The notes beneath the pieces are model-generated. The model was not told the origin of the DNA and ran no database searches. It saw nothing but the letters and a program-made list of their open reading frames with translations. A program made the position numbers and the translations under genes. This document shows positions 54,118 to 63,217 of a DNA stretch of 64,000 nt, in pieces; within the stretch, counting starts at the first letter, position 1, and the number at the start of each line of letters is the position of its first letter. Source of the DNA: a virus (Duplodnaviria > Caudoviricetes); the IMG/VR virus record IMGVR_UViG_3300043473_000069, positions 36,669 through 100,668 of that record, one strand, 5' to 3'.

Positions 54118-55214
54118 TGGGATCCATCTGGCTCCACAACCTGCCCCAGGTCTTCGCTGGTCTGGCCGTCACCTGGTACCCAGGCTGGGAGACACGCTCC
54201 CGGTCCTCGGGCGGCTACGACGGGCTGTATGGCATCGCTGTGCATCACACAGCCAGCAGCACGACCACTGACCGTGACACTCGGTACCAGTGGGTGACGT
54301 GCCCCGAGCGGCCAGTCGGAGCGATGCTGTTGGGTCGTGCGGGCGAGATCATCGTCGGCGCTGCCGGAGCGACCAACTGTCAGGGCGTCGGCGGTCCTCG
54401 TAACACATCGAAGGGCACCATCCCGGCGAACCGGGGCAACCAGTACGCCTTCGCCATCGAGGCTGCCAACAACGGTGTCGGGGAGGCGTGGCCCGACATC
54501 CAGCAGGACAACTACATCGCCGTCGTGCAGCGCCTGTGCAATGCGTACGGCTTCATCGCCAGCGATGTGTTTGCCCACCGGGAGTGGACCACGAGGAAGA
54601 TCGATCCAGCAGGTCCGTCCCGCTGGGGCAGCGTCAATGCCAACCAGTCCTGGAACATGGACTCGTTCCGCAACGACGTGTCCGGTGCGCCGCCAGTTGT
54701 CACTCCTCCGCCGGTCATCCCTCCTCCGTCCGTACCTTGGTATGACACGCTGATGCAGCAGATGCCCGTGCTCACGCCTGGCATCGACAACCACTGGTTC
54801 GTGAAGCGAATGCAGCACCTACTTGCCAGCAACGGCTACATGAACGAGGCCAACGTCAGCAACTACGACGGTGCGTTCGGCAATGGCACGGCCAACGCCC
54901 TCAACAACTTCAAGGCTGCTGCTGGCGGCGGACGGGACAGCACCTGCGACTCGTGGACGTGGGGTGCGCTTATGCACACCGTGGACGGCATTCCGACGCT
55001 GACCAAGGGCATGAAGGGCTCCGACGTCAAGCGCATGCAGCACCTGCTCGCCGCCAACGGGTACATGGACGAGGGCAACACGAAGAACTACGACGGTGTC
55101 TGGGGCAACGGCACCGAGCAGGCCAAGATCAACTACGACAACGCCGCCGGACTCGTGCCGTCGCCGCCGTCAGACTGTGGGAAGAAGTCATGGACGTACC
55201 TGCTGACGGTGTAG
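54117..55214 (+). CDS. Endolysin: amidase_2 plus two peptidoglycan-binding repeats
   Basis: HHTA, IEAAN, HREW..RKIDP; two VKRMQHLL..DG.(F/W)GNGT repeats. Confidence 0.9.
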   Translation: MGSIWLHNLPQVFAGLAVTWYPGWETRSRSSGGYDGLYGIAVHHTASSTTTDRDTRYQWVTCPERPVGAMLLGRAGEIIVGAAGATNCQGVGGPRNTSKGTIPANRGNQYAFAIEAANNGVGEAWPDIQQDNYIAVVQRLCNAYGFIASDVFAHREWTTRKIDPAGPSRWGSVNANQSWNMDSFRNDVSGAPPVVTPPPVIPPPSVPWYDTLMQQMPVLTPGIDNHWFVKRMQHLLASNGYMNEANVSNYDGAFGNGTANALNNFKAAAGGGRDSTCDSWTWGALMHTVDGIPTLTKGMKGSDVKRMQHLLAANGYMDEGNTKNYDGVWGNGTEQAKINYDNAAGLVPSPPSDCGKKSWTYLLTV

Positions 55215-55489
55215 ATCCACCGCTCCCCGGTGAGCCGGTCCCCGTCCCGATCCGCTCCATCTGGCAACGGGAGCCGGTGCGGGTGATGAACGCCGTCTTC
55301 ACGCTGCTCGCCGGGATCAACGCCATCCTGATGGGTGCCGGGGTCTACGACGGCGGTGTCGCTGCAGCCATCACCGGGGTCATCGCTCTGCTGGCAGCGT
55401 TCACCAACGAGATCTTCACTCGTGCCGAAGTCGTGCCCCTTCGGCCCTTGGAGGACCTTGCCGCTGCGGAACTCCCGCCAGCGGCCTAG
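55190..55489 (+). CDS. Holin-like protein
   Basis: REPV motif, two TM helices and R..V.P; directly after the endolysin. Confidence 0.7.
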   Translation: MDVPADGVDPPLPGEPVPVPIRSIWQREPVRVMNAVFTLLAGINAILMGAGVYDGGVAAAITGVIALLAAFTNEIFTRAEVVPLRPLEDLAAAELPPAA

Positions 55490-55498
55490 GACTGATGT

Positions 55499-55864
55499 GT
55501 GTTGCTGGCGCTCAGCTTTGGAGAGGTCGCTGCCTTCCTGCCCCTCGGGGCGGTACTGGGCTTCGCCGCCCTGTTCCTCAAGCGCTGGTGGAAGCAGCAG
55601 GATGACGCCATGGCCGCAGCCATCGCTGCCAGCGACAAGGAGGGCGCCAAGTGCGAAGAGCGCATGCGGCGGCTGGAGGCCGAGCACGACGCTGACATGG
55701 CGCAGATCCGGGAGGACTTGGCTCGCACCCAGGCAGCCGTGCGCCAACTCATCCCGATGGTCCCCCCTGAGGCCCAAACCCAGCTATGGGACCTGATGTG
55801 GACGAGGAACAACAGTGACCAGTCCAACGCCCTTGCACCCGGACCCCCCGCCCCAACTGGATGA
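55499..55864 (+). CDS. Membrane-anchored coiled-coil protein (lysis cassette)
   Basis: N-terminal TM helix followed by a coiled coil. Confidence 0.6.
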   Translation: MLLALSFGEVAAFLPLGAVLGFAALFLKRWWKQQDDAMAAAIAASDKEGAKCEERMRRLEAEHDADMAQIREDLARTQAAVRQLIPMVPPEAQTQLWDLMWTRNNSDQSNALAPGPPAPTG

Positions 55865-56813
55865 GGTGCTTGACACCTCCACGCCGGAGGTTGAGAAGTA
55901 CCTCCAGATCCGCAAGCGCAACTTCCGGCTGTTCATCCTCGTTGGCGTTCTCGTCACCCTCTTCTTCACCGGTTGGGTCATCTGGCGCATCGCTGATCGT
56001 GCCAACGACAACTCCGATGCCATCGACGCCGCCGAGGCGCAGAACGTTGCCCAGCAGGAGTTGATCGACAAGCTCTCGGTGGCCGTGGACGAGGCCATCA
56101 ACCAGGGCGCTGCCGTGCAGACCCCGGAGGAGATCGCCAGCGACGTGCCCGACGCCGAGGTCACACCGGTTGCTCCCTCAGGAGGCCGTGGTGAGGCTGG
56201 CCCGCCAGGTCCTCAAGGAGAGCCCGGAGTCGTGTCCACGGCTGACGTCGAAGCGGCCGTGGCGTCGTATTGCGCCGGGGGACGTTGTGTCGGCCCGGTG
56301 GGTCTGACTGGCCCCTCCGGGGTAGACGGGAGTGATGGAGCCGCCGCCCCGCCCCCCACGGACGCCCAAGTGGCGGCGGCGGTCACGGCGTACTGCGCCA
56401 ACGGAGCCTGCATCGGACCACAAGGAGCAACGGGAGCGCAAGGGCCTCCCGGACCTCAAGGCAACACCGGAGATACCGGAGATCCCGGCAATCCTGGAGC
56501 CACAGGTAGTCAAGGCGATCCGGGACCGCCGGGTGCAACGGGTGATCCAGGGCCTCAAGGCCCGCAGGGCGCAACGGGCCCTGGACCGAGCGACCAGCAG
56601 GTAGCCGATGCCGTCGCTTCATACTGCTCTATCAACGCTTGTGCTCAAGGTCCGCCAGGTCCGCCAGGTCCACCAGGTGATCCCAGCACGGCGCCTGGAC
56701 CTCCCGGTCCGCCAGGCCCACCAGGTCCGCCAGGTGATACACCCTCCAACTTGTCGTGCACTCCCTCCAATCCTGCTGATCTATCCGCTCCGTGGTCCTG
56801 CACGGCTTCATAA
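55815..56813 (+). CDS. Membrane-anchored collagen-like protein
   Basis: TM helix, coiled coil and Gly-X-Y runs interrupted by three VAxAVxxYCxxxxC units. Confidence 0.8.
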   Translation: MTSPTPLHPDPPPQLDEVLDTSTPEVEKYLQIRKRNFRLFILVGVLVTLFFTGWVIWRIADRANDNSDAIDAAEAQNVAQQELIDKLSVAVDEAINQGAAVQTPEEIASDVPDAEVTPVAPSGGRGEAGPPGPQGEPGVVSTADVEAAVASYCAGGRCVGPVGLTGPSGVDGSDGAAAPPPTDAQVAAAVTAYCANGACIGPQGATGAQGPPGPQGNTGDTGDPGNPGATGSQGDPGPPGATGDPGPQGPQGATGPGPSDQQVADAVASYCSINACAQGPPGPPGPPGDPSTAPGPPGPPGPPGPPGDTPSNLSCTPSNPADLSAPWSCTAS

Positions 56814-56825
56814 GGAGATACACCC

Positions 56826-57026
56826 ATGCTGTTAGCACAAGCTGCAGAAGATGCCGAAGGCTTCGTCTCGCACAACGGAGACGTCGTTGACATCTTTCTG
56901 CTCGTCGCCACGATCCTCTTCCTGATCGCAGCGTTCTTGACGTTCCCGATCCAACCTCGCCCGTTGTGGGCGACGCTGATCGCCGTCGGCCTGGCCGCAA
57001 CGTCATTCGCACTGCTGTTTCTCTAG
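56826..57026 (+). CDS. Small two-TM membrane protein
   Basis: AAGGAG RBS; two hydrophobic helices. Confidence 0.65.
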   Translation: MLLAQAAEDAEGFVSHNGDVVDIFLLVATILFLIAAFLTFPIQPRPLWATLIAVGLAATSFALLFL

Positions 57027-57078
57027 CAGCGCTGTAGCTACAGTTCCCATACCGCCTTACCAGCAAGGAGAGCCAACC

Positions 57079-57309
57079 ATGGCAAAGGACAAGGACGTGG
57101 AGTCGAGGGAAGTGGTCGAGGACGAGGGTCCCCGCCAGAAGGTCGAGCGCATGCCCACCGAGGACACGACCGGCCCCTACTTCCCGAGCGGGATGAGCGC
57201 TCCCGAGGCGGCGCTCGCCGGAGCAACGGCCGACATGTCCGATGAGGACGTCGCCAAGCTCAAGGGCGAGACGCCCGAGGCCCAGCAGGAGCAGGTCGAG
57301 GACTCATGA
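57079..57309 (+). CDS. Small acidic hypothetical protein
   Basis: AAGGAG RBS. Confidence 0.6.
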   Translation: MAKDKDVESREVVEDEGPRQKVERMPTEDTTGPYFPSGMSAPEAALAGATADMSDEDVAKLKGETPEAQQEQVEDS

Positions 57310-57385
57310 GCAACGCCCCCGATCCCACCGAAGACCTCCCCGATCCGGAAGTTCCGGACGAGGAGGAGGACGACGACGAGGCCTG

Positions 57386-57628
57386 ATGGCAGCCAAGTCA
57401 CCACCACCCCCGGAGCCGGAAGAGCCTGCAGGCGGCACGACGGACGAACGTGAGGCTGAGACGCCCGAGCCCGACTCGGGTGAGCAGCGTCAGGAGACTC
57501 TGATCGCTGGCGTGCCCGAGGACCGGCCCGCACCCGAGGACTGGAAGGAGCCGGGCTGGAAGGAAGGGATGTTCCCAGGGGACCCCAACACCTATCCGGA
57601 CCCGGAGAACCCCCAGCAGTCGTACTGA
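57386..57628 (+). CDS. Small Pro/Glu-rich hypothetical protein
   Basis: TGATG coupling to a 26-aa acidic ORF at 57306-57386. Confidence 0.5.
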   Translation: MAAKSPPPPEPEEPAGGTTDEREAETPEPDSGEQRQETLIAGVPEDRPAPEDWKEPGWKEGMFPGDPNTYPDPENPQQSY

Positions 57629-57646
57629 GACGAGTAGCCTCCAGCC

Positions 57647-58060
57647 GTGGTTGTCCGTGTCGATCGAGAGATCTTCGACCCTGTCGGAGCGGGCTCGACG
57701 GCTGGGGGTTCGTCTTTCTATGAAGACGGGACCCGTCCGGCGCCTTGGCAGCCACGACCGTTCACGTCGAAGACGGAGTACATCGTCAGCGAGGCCATGC
57801 GTCTGATGTCGGTACCGGCGGATGTCATCCGCCAGCAGGTGCCGCCGCAGTCTCCCATGGGACTCTTCCCGCCCCAGGAGGGCTACGGCCCCGAGGTGCA
57901 GTTGACGATCGAGGATGTGTTGAACACCGACCGCTGGACGCCACAGCGCCGGTCGTGGGTGTCTGGGACCGTCCGACAACCACGCATGGTTGACTACCAA
58001 GAGGACATGTGGTCAGGAACCCTGCGTGGATTCAACGCCTCACCGAACTTTGCGGGGTAA
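57647..58060 (+). CDS. Hypothetical protein
   Basis: TAGCCT 6 nt upstream suggests a leaderless start. Confidence 0.55.
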   Translation: MVVRVDREIFDPVGAGSTAGGSSFYEDGTRPAPWQPRPFTSKTEYIVSEAMRLMSVPADVIRQQVPPQSPMGLFPPQEGYGPEVQLTIEDVLNTDRWTPQRRSWVSGTVRQPRMVDYQEDMWSGTLRGFNASPNFAG

Positions 58061-58064
58061 CACC

Positions 58065-58307
58065 ATGGCAGTCAACGACACCGAGAGCATGAACCTGGCC
58101 TTCGCCCAGGGCAGCGTGGATCGCACGTACATCCAACTGGCTCCCGATCGCAAGAACGTCGAGAACCCACCGCTCGACCGCTACTCGTGGCCGACGTACG
58201 GCCAGGCCGAGCGCCACATCGACCCACCGTTCATGGAGGCCCACCTCCGTCAGGCCTTGCGGCCCGTAGAGCACAAGGTCCGTACGGGCTCTGACCCCCG
58301 GTTCTAG
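58065..58307 (+). CDS. Hypothetical protein
   Basis: Tiles the operon. Confidence 0.5.
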   Translation: MAVNDTESMNLAFAQGSVDRTYIQLAPDRKNVENPPLDRYSWPTYGQAERHIDPPFMEAHLRQALRPVEHKVRTGSDPRF

Positions 58308-58309
58308 TC

Positions 58310-58522
58310 GTGCCCAGGACAGGGCGGAACTTCGACGCCTTCCAGCAGGGTGCTGGAACGGCCCCTGAGACGACGTCGTACTGCTGCGCCGAGTGTGGGT
58401 ACGCCTCGGACAACCGTCGCCACTTCAAGAGCGCCGAGGGTGGCAAGACCTGTTCCACGGGCCACTATGAAGACAAAGAGGGCAACGTCAAGCGGGCTCG
58501 CAACCCGTATGCCCACCGATAG
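58310..58522 (+). CDS. Small zinc-binding protein
   Basis: CAECG...CSTGH. Confidence 0.5.
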   Translation: MPRTGRNFDAFQQGAGTAPETTSYCCAECGYASDNRRHFKSAEGGKTCSTGHYEDKEGNVKRARNPYAHR

Positions 58523-58534
58523 GAGTATCACACA

Positions 58535-59164
58535 GTGCCACGTCTCGTCTGCTGCCACTTCTGCCATGTGCTACAGCGCATGCCGGACATCCCGCCTGAC
58601 ACTCCCAAGATCCCGTACATCTTGGAGTACACGACGGGAGAGCGCTTCGTGGTGCCAGACGACACCGGGCTCCCGCAGATGGTGCCTGCGTACGACCCGG
58701 TCCTGGAGGACTTCGTCACCAAGCACGACCACGGCATGCCCGATACCGCCGTAACACACGGCCAGATGATCGAGTCGTGGCAGGTCGACCAGAAGACCTG
58801 GGAGGCCATGGATGTGGTCACCAAGATCAAGAGTGAGTTGCAGAAGCAGCACAACACCGTCTACGAGGAGTCCGACGAGTACAAGGACGCCGCCCTTCGG
58901 TGCTACAACGCCCACAACAACCCCGATCTCGCCAGCGGCTGCATCGACTACATGGACGATTCCAAGCGGATCGGCCAGGCGACGTACGACGACGGTGACG
59001 GCCACACCATCACCGTGCCGCCCAAGTTCCGCCAGTACCTCTGCTACGTATGCCCGTATCAGCAGAGTGTGATACAGGTCGAGATCCGCCGTCGTAAGGG
59101 CCTCTACGACGACAACAAGAACCTCGCCCAGCGTGCCAAGCGACGCAAGCGCCACCGCCGATGA
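58535..59164 (+). CDS. Cys/His-rich hypothetical protein
   Basis: AGGAG RBS; CHFC and YLCYVCP motifs. Confidence 0.65.
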   Translation: MPRLVCCHFCHVLQRMPDIPPDTPKIPYILEYTTGERFVVPDDTGLPQMVPAYDPVLEDFVTKHDHGMPDTAVTHGQMIESWQVDQKTWEAMDVVTKIKSELQKQHNTVYEESDEYKDAALRCYNAHNNPDLASGCIDYMDDSKRIGQATYDDGDGHTITVPPKFRQYLCYVCPYQQSVIQVEIRRRKGLYDDNKNLAQRAKRRKRHRR

Positions 59165-61080
59165 CCGAAACCTACGTCAACGTCCCAGCGCCCCTCGGGG
59201 CGACCGAGCCCGGAGCACCAGTAGCACTGGCGACTTCGACGGAGCCGATCGTCCACGGGCTCGTGGGCGCCTACTACGGCGACTGGGAAGTGGACGTGGG
59301 CAAGAGCGTGCGGTGGTTGGAGTTCTACACCGACGACATCTTCGTTACCGACATCAACACAGGTGAGCAGCGGTACTGGATCGTCAACTGGGCGGAGAGC
59401 TTCCCGTTCTCGGAGCACGTCGTCACCGGCCGCAACTTCTTCCTCGACAACACCCTCTGGCGCAAGGAGCAGTTCCTCGCCGGGGACGCAGCGTTCCACT
59501 ACAACGACGAGGACTGGTGCCTCTTCATCGATGGGACCGAGGCGATCAGCTTCGACAACCGCTCGCTCCCCACCGACTACAACACGGCGCCCTTCATGTC
59601 CTGGGTCTACAGGGAGATCGCCCGTGCGGTCGCTGCGACCAAGGACGAGGTCGTGTTGCCGTTCTTCGCCTACCTCAAGAACAGCGACCTGCAGAACATC
59701 ACCTACGGCACGCAGGCCAACCAGGACAACCAGGTCCTCGGCATCCCCGACGTGCAGCAGGCTGTCTCCGTACCCTGGTATCTCCCCAACCTGGGCCTGC
59801 CTCGCCTGTTCAAGGTGAGCAAGCTGCGTCAGCCCGGCTTCGACTGGTCCAAGCTCGACAAGTTCGTGGCGCCCGATGCGGGAGCCAAGGCCCAGATCGT
59901 GAGTTACGCCTACGCTCACTGGCAACCCCTGGACGTGCCACCTGGTCAGATGACGGTGCCGCCGCTCGACGCCAACAACGACCTCGGCTACAAGATGCGG
60001 AACCTGATGTCGCTGCTGCGGCCTCTGCCCGGCGTGCCGTACGGGACACCTTGGAACGACCCAACCACCGATCCCACGACGCTGCCCGGCCCGTGGTGCA
60101 TCGACACCGTGGTCAGCACCGATCCATCGATCGTTGGAACGGTCGAAGAGGACGGCCACACGCCTCCCAACGCCGCCACGGCCGGTGTGACGACACCGCT
60201 GTATGACACGGTGATCCGCCTCAACCTGCGTGACGGACTGTGGTACCAGCAGGGCTCAAGCGGCAACATCCCGCTGGCTTGGGACGACGTCACACAGACC
60301 TGGGTACCCCGGTACAACCCCGATGAGTGGGAGAAGAGCGGTGTGGGCTCCTCACCCGAGGCGCCGCCGGATCCGTCCCCCATGTCGGTGCGCCTCGACG
60401 GTGCGTCCGGCACCTACATCCGCACAGCCGACGCCAACTACTTCGACTTCCAGTCGGCCATGACGCTGCTCACCGTGATGCGCTTCGATGACTGGACGCC
60501 CACGGCCCGCAAGGTGATCGTGTCGAAGTGGGGCGCCTCGGGGCAAAGGTCCTGGTACTGGGGTATCGAGCCCAGCGGCAAGCTCGTCTTTGTGATCTCC
60601 CGAGACGGCATCAACCCCATCGAGTTCGTGCAGGTGTCACCCTTCGGCTTCGTGGACGGGCACTCGGTGGCGATGGGTGTGAGCTTCGTGACACACGAGA
60701 CAGACCTCACCAACCCCGAGGTCCCGGAGTACTACGACCGGGTGCGGTTCTGGCTGTATGACAACGGCATCTGGATCCAGCAGGGTGTGGTGGTCCAGCA
60801 GGCCAACCCGGACGACCTCAAGATCTTCAACTCGAACGCCCAAGTGCAGATCGGGGCATACCTCGGTACCAACGGCAATGCCCCGTCGCTCTACCGGCAG
60901 GTGAGCTTGCGGGCTGGTGTGGCTGACGTTCCCACTGAGGTCGGCGGCGAAGAGGTGGGACTCATGCGTGGTGACCTCACCAACAACCCGACCTACGACC
61001 GCTACGGCAACCTGTGGACCAACGTGGGCGGCTGGACGTACGTGGAGATGGACGACTTCGATGAGATCGCCCACCCATGA
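59161..61080 (+). CDS. Large protein with a GT-A-like N-terminus (tentative) and a LamG-like C-terminus
   Basis: DWCLFIDGTE resembles the GT2 DWxLxxDxDE motif; C-terminal IVSKW..FNSNAQVQIG resembles the 50454 protein. Confidence 0.55.
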   Translation: MTETYVNVPAPLGATEPGAPVALATSTEPIVHGLVGAYYGDWEVDVGKSVRWLEFYTDDIFVTDINTGEQRYWIVNWAESFPFSEHVVTGRNFFLDNTLWRKEQFLAGDAAFHYNDEDWCLFIDGTEAISFDNRSLPTDYNTAPFMSWVYREIARAVAATKDEVVLPFFAYLKNSDLQNITYGTQANQDNQVLGIPDVQQAVSVPWYLPNLGLPRLFKVSKLRQPGFDWSKLDKFVAPDAGAKAQIVSYAYAHWQPLDVPPGQMTVPPLDANNDLGYKMRNLMSLLRPLPGVPYGTPWNDPTTDPTTLPGPWCIDTVVSTDPSIVGTVEEDGHTPPNAATAGVTTPLYDTVIRLNLRDGLWYQQGSSGNIPLAWDDVTQTWVPRYNPDEWEKSGVGSSPEAPPDPSPMSVRLDGASGTYIRTADANYFDFQSAMTLLTVMRFDDWTPTARKVIVSKWGASGQRSWYWGIEPSGKLVFVISRDGINPIEFVQVSPFGFVDGHSVAMGVSFVTHETDLTNPEVPEYYDRVRFWLYDNGIWIQQGVVVQQANPDDLKIFNSNAQVQIGAYLGTNGNAPSLYRQVSLRAGVADVPTEVGGEEVGLMRGDLTNNPTYDRYGNLWTNVGGWTYVEMDDFDEIAHP

Positions 61081-61523
61081 GCGGCGTCGCCATCTTCACG
61101 GTGGAGCATGTCCTCGCTGACGGTGACGACCTGCGCTCTGTGTTCCCACTGCCCTGGGGCAAGACGCTCTACGACGGCATTCGCAGCCAGTGCCGCACGG
61201 TGGCGTTGACCCGTGCCACCGACGAGATCGCCCGCTGGTGGCTGAGACGAGACGGCTTCGACAGTTGGTCGAGCGTGCTCTGTTGGAACCAGTCCATGTC
61301 ATACGAGGACTGGCGTGTGGACGTCATCCGGGACTTCCTCGCCAACGGCTGGGAGATCGACTTCTTCATCGACCCTGACCCCGATGTCGCCATCATTGCC
61401 CGTTCCATGGGCGTGCTGACGCTGTACGTCGGAGCGCCCCTCCAACGTGCAGGCTTCAAGGCCGAGGACACGTCATTCCGGTCCTGGGACGAAGTGGCAG
61501 CTACTGTGGACCCACGTCCCTAA
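61077..61523 (+). CDS. HAD-fold-like hypothetical protein
   Basis: IFTVEHVL..FFIDPDP..GVLTL. Confidence 0.55.
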   Translation: MSGVAIFTVEHVLADGDDLRSVFPLPWGKTLYDGIRSQCRTVALTRATDEIARWWLRRDGFDSWSSVLCWNQSMSYEDWRVDVIRDFLANGWEIDFFIDPDPDVAIIARSMGVLTLYVGAPLQRAGFKAEDTSFRSWDEVAATVDPRP

Positions 61524-61535
61524 GGGGGGTATGAA

Positions 61536-62270
61536 ATGTCCGACTGGGGCAACCTCGCATCCGGTGCTGCAGGTGACGCCGCCATGTCGGCCTACGGGAC
61601 CTACGGGCGGCACAAGAGCTTCATCCAGGGCTCGATCGACTCCGCTCAGGGCGCCATGCTGGGCGCAGACGTCGGCGGGCTCGCCACGGGTGGACCGACG
61701 ACGTGGGGCCTCGCCAAGGCTGGCTTCGGCGCTGCACGGGCTGGACTCGGGGCGGCGTTCAGTTCTGGTGCGAGCAGCGCAGCCGCAACTGGGGCGGCTG
61801 CTGCGTCCTCGGCCGGGGGTGGGGCTCTGGCGGCGCTGCCTGCCGCTGGGGCCACCACCATTGGCACCGGAGTGGGCTCAGGACTGGCCGCTGGTGCCGG
61901 TGGAGCGATCGCTGGAGAGGCTGCTGCGGTTGGAACGGGCTTGGCCCTGGCCGAGGGCGCAGGCCTCGCAGCGGGCGCTGCAGGAGGCGCTGCGGCCGGT
62001 GCAGCCGCTGGCTCCGTGGTGCCCATCGTTGGAACGGCCATCGGCGCCGTGGCTGGTGCGCTGCTGCCTCACGTCCTGCCCAAGATCCCGGTCGTGGGTG
62101 ACGCCGTCAACAAGATCCCCCTCATCGGCGGCATCCTCTCGCCCAAGAAGAAGCAGGCCGGTGGTGGGCACTTCGTGGCCCCCGCTGCGCCCAACCCGCA
62201 CCTCAAGTCCGGGGCGGAGTACGCCATGGGTGAGCGCTCCAAGTACGCCGCCGGAAGGGGCTACCGATGA
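61536..62270 (+). CDS. Gly/Ala-rich glycine-zipper protein
   Basis: GSVVPIVGTAIGAVAGALL motif. Confidence 0.6.
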   Translation: MSDWGNLASGAAGDAAMSAYGTYGRHKSFIQGSIDSAQGAMLGADVGGLATGGPTTWGLAKAGFGAARAGLGAAFSSGASSAAATGAAAASSAGGGALAALPAAGATTIGTGVGSGLAAGAGGAIAGEAAAVGTGLALAEGAGLAAGAAGGAAAGAAAGSVVPIVGTAIGAVAGALLPHVLPKIPVVGDAVNKIPLIGGILSPKKKQAGGGHFVAPAAPNPHLKSGAEYAMGERSKYAAGRGYR

Positions 62271-63217
62271 GCATCTTCGCTGAGATCGCCGGGATGGCTG
62301 CCCGTGAGGGCGCTGAGGCTGCCGGTGGTTGGGCGCTGCGTCGCCAGGCCGGGAAGATGGCGGCGGATCAAGCAGCCAAGTTCGCAGCGTCCAAGGTCGG
62401 CCAGCGTGCCGCCGCCCGTGTCGTGGGTGAGCGTGGAGCGAACTACCTCGCCTCGCAGAGCGGCCAGCGGGCCACCAGGTTCGTGGTCAACCAGGGCACC
62501 AAGTCGGTGCTGAGGGACGGCGGCGGGGGTGGTGGTGGAGGAACTGCCGCACCGAAGACCATCACCCCCGCACCGCCGTCCGACCCGTCCATGACCGCCT
62601 CGTCGCCCAGCACGACCAACCGCAAGAGCGACCAGACGAAGGGTCCGGGCTTCCATCCCCTCGGCGCCGGTACGCCGTGGTGGCAGATGGACACGCTCAA
62701 GGCCCCGCAGCAGGCGGGCTACAACTGGCGCACCTTGGATGACTCCACCGTGGCGAAGGGTCAGTCCCGGCCGTGGGGCCTCGGCACCGCTTTCAAGAGC
62801 GGGCTCAGCAAGGCCGTTCGCACGGGCTACTCACGGCCCGTGGACGAGGTCGAGATGCCTGCAGCCCAGGGCGCCATCGGACCCGCATCCATCGGCGCCC
62901 TGGGTCAAGGCAACCGAGAAGGACGACGAGTGACGTCGTTCCCGGAGCTTGGCCCCGGACCGTCATACGAGGGTTCCAGCAGCCGTAACGGCGCTTTCAA
63001 CGACGGCCGAGTGAACGGCGCCATCCCCGTGGCCCCACCGGCTGGCCTGGCTCGTGGTCCGCTCGTGGTGCCCCCGCCTCGTGCACTCGGTCCTGGTGCC
63101 ACCGCTCCGGTCGTGGATCCGGTGGCAGCGGCACGGGACCGTCCGGCCGGAGCCAATCCGCTGGCGATCAAGAAGGCTCGCACCGAATGGCCCGGCAATC
63201 CTGGCGTGAGGTACTGA
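62267..63217 (+). CDS. Ala/Gly/Pro-rich hypothetical protein
   Basis: ATGA coupling to the upstream gene. Confidence 0.55.
   Translation: MSIFAEIAGMAAREGAEAAGGWALRRQAGKMAADQAAKFAASKVGQRAAARVVGERGANYLASQSGQRATRFVVNQGTKSVLRDGGGGGGGGTAAPKTITPAPPSDPSMTASSPSTTNRKSDQTKGPGFHPLGAGTPWWQMDTLKAPQQAGYNWRTLDDSTVAKGQSRPWGLGTAFKSGLSKAVRTGYSRPVDEVEMPAAQGAIGPASIGALGQGNREGRRVTSFPELGPGPSYEGSSSRNGAFNDGRVNGAIPVAPPAGLARGPLVVPPPRALGPGATAPVVDPVAAARDRPAGANPLAIKKARTEWPGNPGVRY

Larger units (their letters stand above)
7356..59075. repeat. Dispersed 9-bp motif GTATCACAC (at least 17 exact copies, both strands)
   Basis: Plus strand: 7356, 18883, 20902, 21783, 27082, 29864, 31185, 32200, 39419, 45310, 45684, 58525. Minus strand (GTGTGATAC on +): 13676, 22964, 26855, 44252, 59067. 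Confidence 0.85.
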
